DNA of 64,000 nucleotides from Minisyncoccota bacterium (GTDB lineage Bacteria; Patescibacteriota; Minisyncoccia; SW-4-49-11): NCBI GenBank assembly GCA_032117235.1, contig JAULZW010000012.1, positions 3,230 to 67,229 of the forward strand, read 5' to 3'. Shown piece by piece: positions 62,332 to 64,000 of this stretch (position 1 is its first letter; each line of letters starts with the position of its first letter). The notes under the pieces were generated by a model. It saw only the letters and a program-made list of their open reading frames with translations, ran no database searches and was not told where the DNA came from. The position numbers and the translations under genes were made by a program.

Positions 62332-62910
62332 TTATAATGTGAATTTATGCAAAAATTCATCAATTATATCAAGAGCTTGTTGCACTGTATCTGAAAGTTT
62401 AATATTGGGAATGATTACATCAAATTGGTCTTTGTAAGATAACTCATACTCCGCTCTCTGCAACCTTCTCGCTAACTCTGCTTCAGTTTCAGTAGATCTA
62501 TATTTCAACCTATCCTTCAACACATCTATACTAGTTACATCTAAAAATATAGTTAATAATCTATTCCCAAGTAATTTTTTTAATTCTAAAGCCCCATTTA
62601 CATCTATGGATAAAATTGGTATTTTACCCTTACGAGCTAAATTATCTATCTCAGAATTAAGAGTACCGTAAAAAACATCTGGATAAACTTCTTCCCATTC
62701 TAAAAACTCATTCTTAGCAATTTTATCTTGGAATTCTTGTAAACTCAAAAAATAATAATCCCTACCGTCAATTTCATTGACTCTTGGAGCTCTAGTAGTA
62801 GCTGATATAGATCTATCAAATCTCCTTGATAATCGTAAGATTTTTTGAGTTACAGTAGACTTACCTCCTCCTGAAGGAGATGAAATAGTAATTAAAGGTG
62901 ATTTTGACAT
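62332..62910 (-). CDS. gmk: Guanylate kinase
   Basis: ITISSPSGGGKSTV P-loop and the GMP-binding RxxRxxExxGxDYxF pattern. The start is trimmed to the MSKSPL ATG. Confidence 0.8.
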   Translation of the reverse strand: MSKSPLITISSPSGGGKSTVTQKILRLSRRFDRSISATTRAPRVNEIDGRDYYFLSLQEFQDKIAKNEFLEWEEVYPDVFYGTLNSEIDNLARKGKIPILSIDVNGALELKKLLGNRLLTIFLDVTSIDVLKDRLKYRSTETEAELARRLQRAEYELSYKDQFDVIIPNIKLSDTVQQALDIIDEFLHKFTL

Positions 62911-63000
62911 TAATATAATTATAATATATATGGTCTGAATTGTATCATAAATTAGGCGTAAGTTCAATTCAATCTATATAAAGATAGTTGTAATTATATT

Positions 63001-64000
63001 TTACACCATTACTCCACTTCCAATTAACTCCTCATCTTGATAAAGCACTAGAAATTGTCCTTGAGTAATGGCTCTCTGAGGTTCGTCAAATATAACTTTG
63101 AGGGAATATTCGTCAATAGACTCAACAAAACAAGATACATCCTGAGATCTATAGCGAATTTTAGCCTGTAATTTTTGAGGTAATACTGGTATTGCATCAG
63201 TCCAAGATAATTCTTTAATAATAACTTCAGATTGATATAAATCTAATGGATCTACTCCTTTAGATACAATTAATTGATTTTTTTTTAAATCTTTTGACTT
63301 AACAAAATATGGAATGCCTCCACCAATCCCCAGCCCCTTTCTCTGTCCTATGGTATAGAAGTATAATCCTCTGTGCTGACCTAAAACTTTTCCTTCTGTA
63401 TCAATGATGTCTCCCATACTCTCACCAACAAAAGATTCTATAAATGCATTCACATCTATTTCTCCAACAAAACAAATTCCCTGACTATCTGGCTTTTTGG
63501 CATTAGGCAGTTTAATCTCATCCGCAATTCTTCTAACTTCAGATTTTGGAATATTCCCTACGGGAAATAATGTATGAGATAATTCATATTGCCCAAGAGT
63601 AGAGAGAAAATAAGACTGATCTTTAGTATTATCTATACCCTTTAAGAGATGATAAATTCCATCTTGAGTTTGATTGATTCGAGCATAATGTCCTGTTGCA
63701 ATATAATCAGCTCCTAGAGAAAGACATTTATCAAGAAAAACCTTGAATTTAATTTCTTTATTACACATAATATCAGGATTGGGAGTGTGTCCCCTCTTAA
63801 TCTCAGTAATAAAATATTCAATTACCCTATTACGGTATTCATCTTCAAAATCAAAAGTATAAATTGATATCCCGAGATGCCCCGCAACTTGTCTTGCATC
63901 TTCATAATCAGCTTGAGAGGAACAAGGAAAATCAAAAACACCACGCCCAGTCTCAAGCCGACCAGACCAGTTTTTCATAAATACTCCAATCACATTATAC
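63001..64000 (-). CDS. mnmA: tRNA-specific 2-thiouridylase MnmA. The N-terminus lies beyond the window end
   Basis: FMKNW, Cys residues, and a C-terminal beta-barrel typical of MnmA. The PP-loop SGGVDSS would lie upstream of the window. Confidence 0.75.
   Translation of the reverse strand, partial: YNVIGVFMKNWSGRLETGRGVFDFPCSSQADYEDARQVAGHLGISIYTFDFEDEYRNRVIEYFITEIKRGHTPNPDIMCNKEIKFKVFLDKCLSLGADYIATGHYARINQTQDGIYHLLKGIDNTKDQSYFLSTLGQYELSHTLFPVGNIPKSEVRRIADEIKLPNAKKPDSQGICFVGEIDVNAFIESFVGESMGDIIDTEGKVLGQHRGLYFYTIGQRKGLGIGGGIPYFVKSKDLKKNQLIVSKGVDPLDLYQSEVIIKELSWTDAIPVLPQKLQAKIRYRSQDVSCFVESIDEYSLKVIFDEPQRAITQGQFLVLYQDEELIGSGVMV

Overview
This is an AT-rich (roughly 30% GC by eye), gene-dense bacterial window. 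Most genes are on the minus strand and use the standard genetic code. The housekeeping backbone covers cell wall and shape (a class A PBP, mreB-mreC-mreD-mrdA, murJ, a GT4 glycosyltransferase) and secretion (secD, secF, secG). It also covers DNA repair (ung, mutM, ruvB, rmuC, tatD, priA-like), translation (lepA, metG, rsmE, mnmA, greA) and nucleotide metabolism (dut, cmk, gmk). Gene content (lamin-tail-domain surface protein, reduced metabolism, weak Shine-Dalgarno sequences, hypothetical membrane proteins) fits a Patescibacteria/CPR-like small-genome bacterium; that is an inference, not proven. The rRNA genes are unlinked and all on the minus strand: 16S at about 23.8-25.3 kb, and 23S-5S at about 42.9-46.1 kb. 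Each has its own near-consensus TTGACA-N17-TATTAT promoter. One tRNA-Gln(CUG) lies at 37.7 kb with a 42-nt duplicate of its 3' end. The stretch from about 37.8 to 52.5 kb flanking the 23S-5S block looks accessory. It holds a ricin-B lectin protein; a GNAT-fusion gene split by a frameshift in a (TA)6 tract; two DUF559 (Vsr-like endonuclease) genes embedded in GC-rich hairpin or inverted repeats; and a tightly overlapping four-gene putative defence operon (EcoRI-family m6A methyltransferase, RhuM-family protein, DUF262+HNH GmrSD-like nuclease, and a TM protein). The defence operon is the best candidate for an undescribed system. Two further phase-variation candidates are present: a G11 tract sitting exactly in the -35/-10 spacer of tandem paralogous surface-protein genes, and a G9 tract at 54.4 kb. 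No CRISPR array, no rRNA intron, and no recognisable transposase or integrase was seen.
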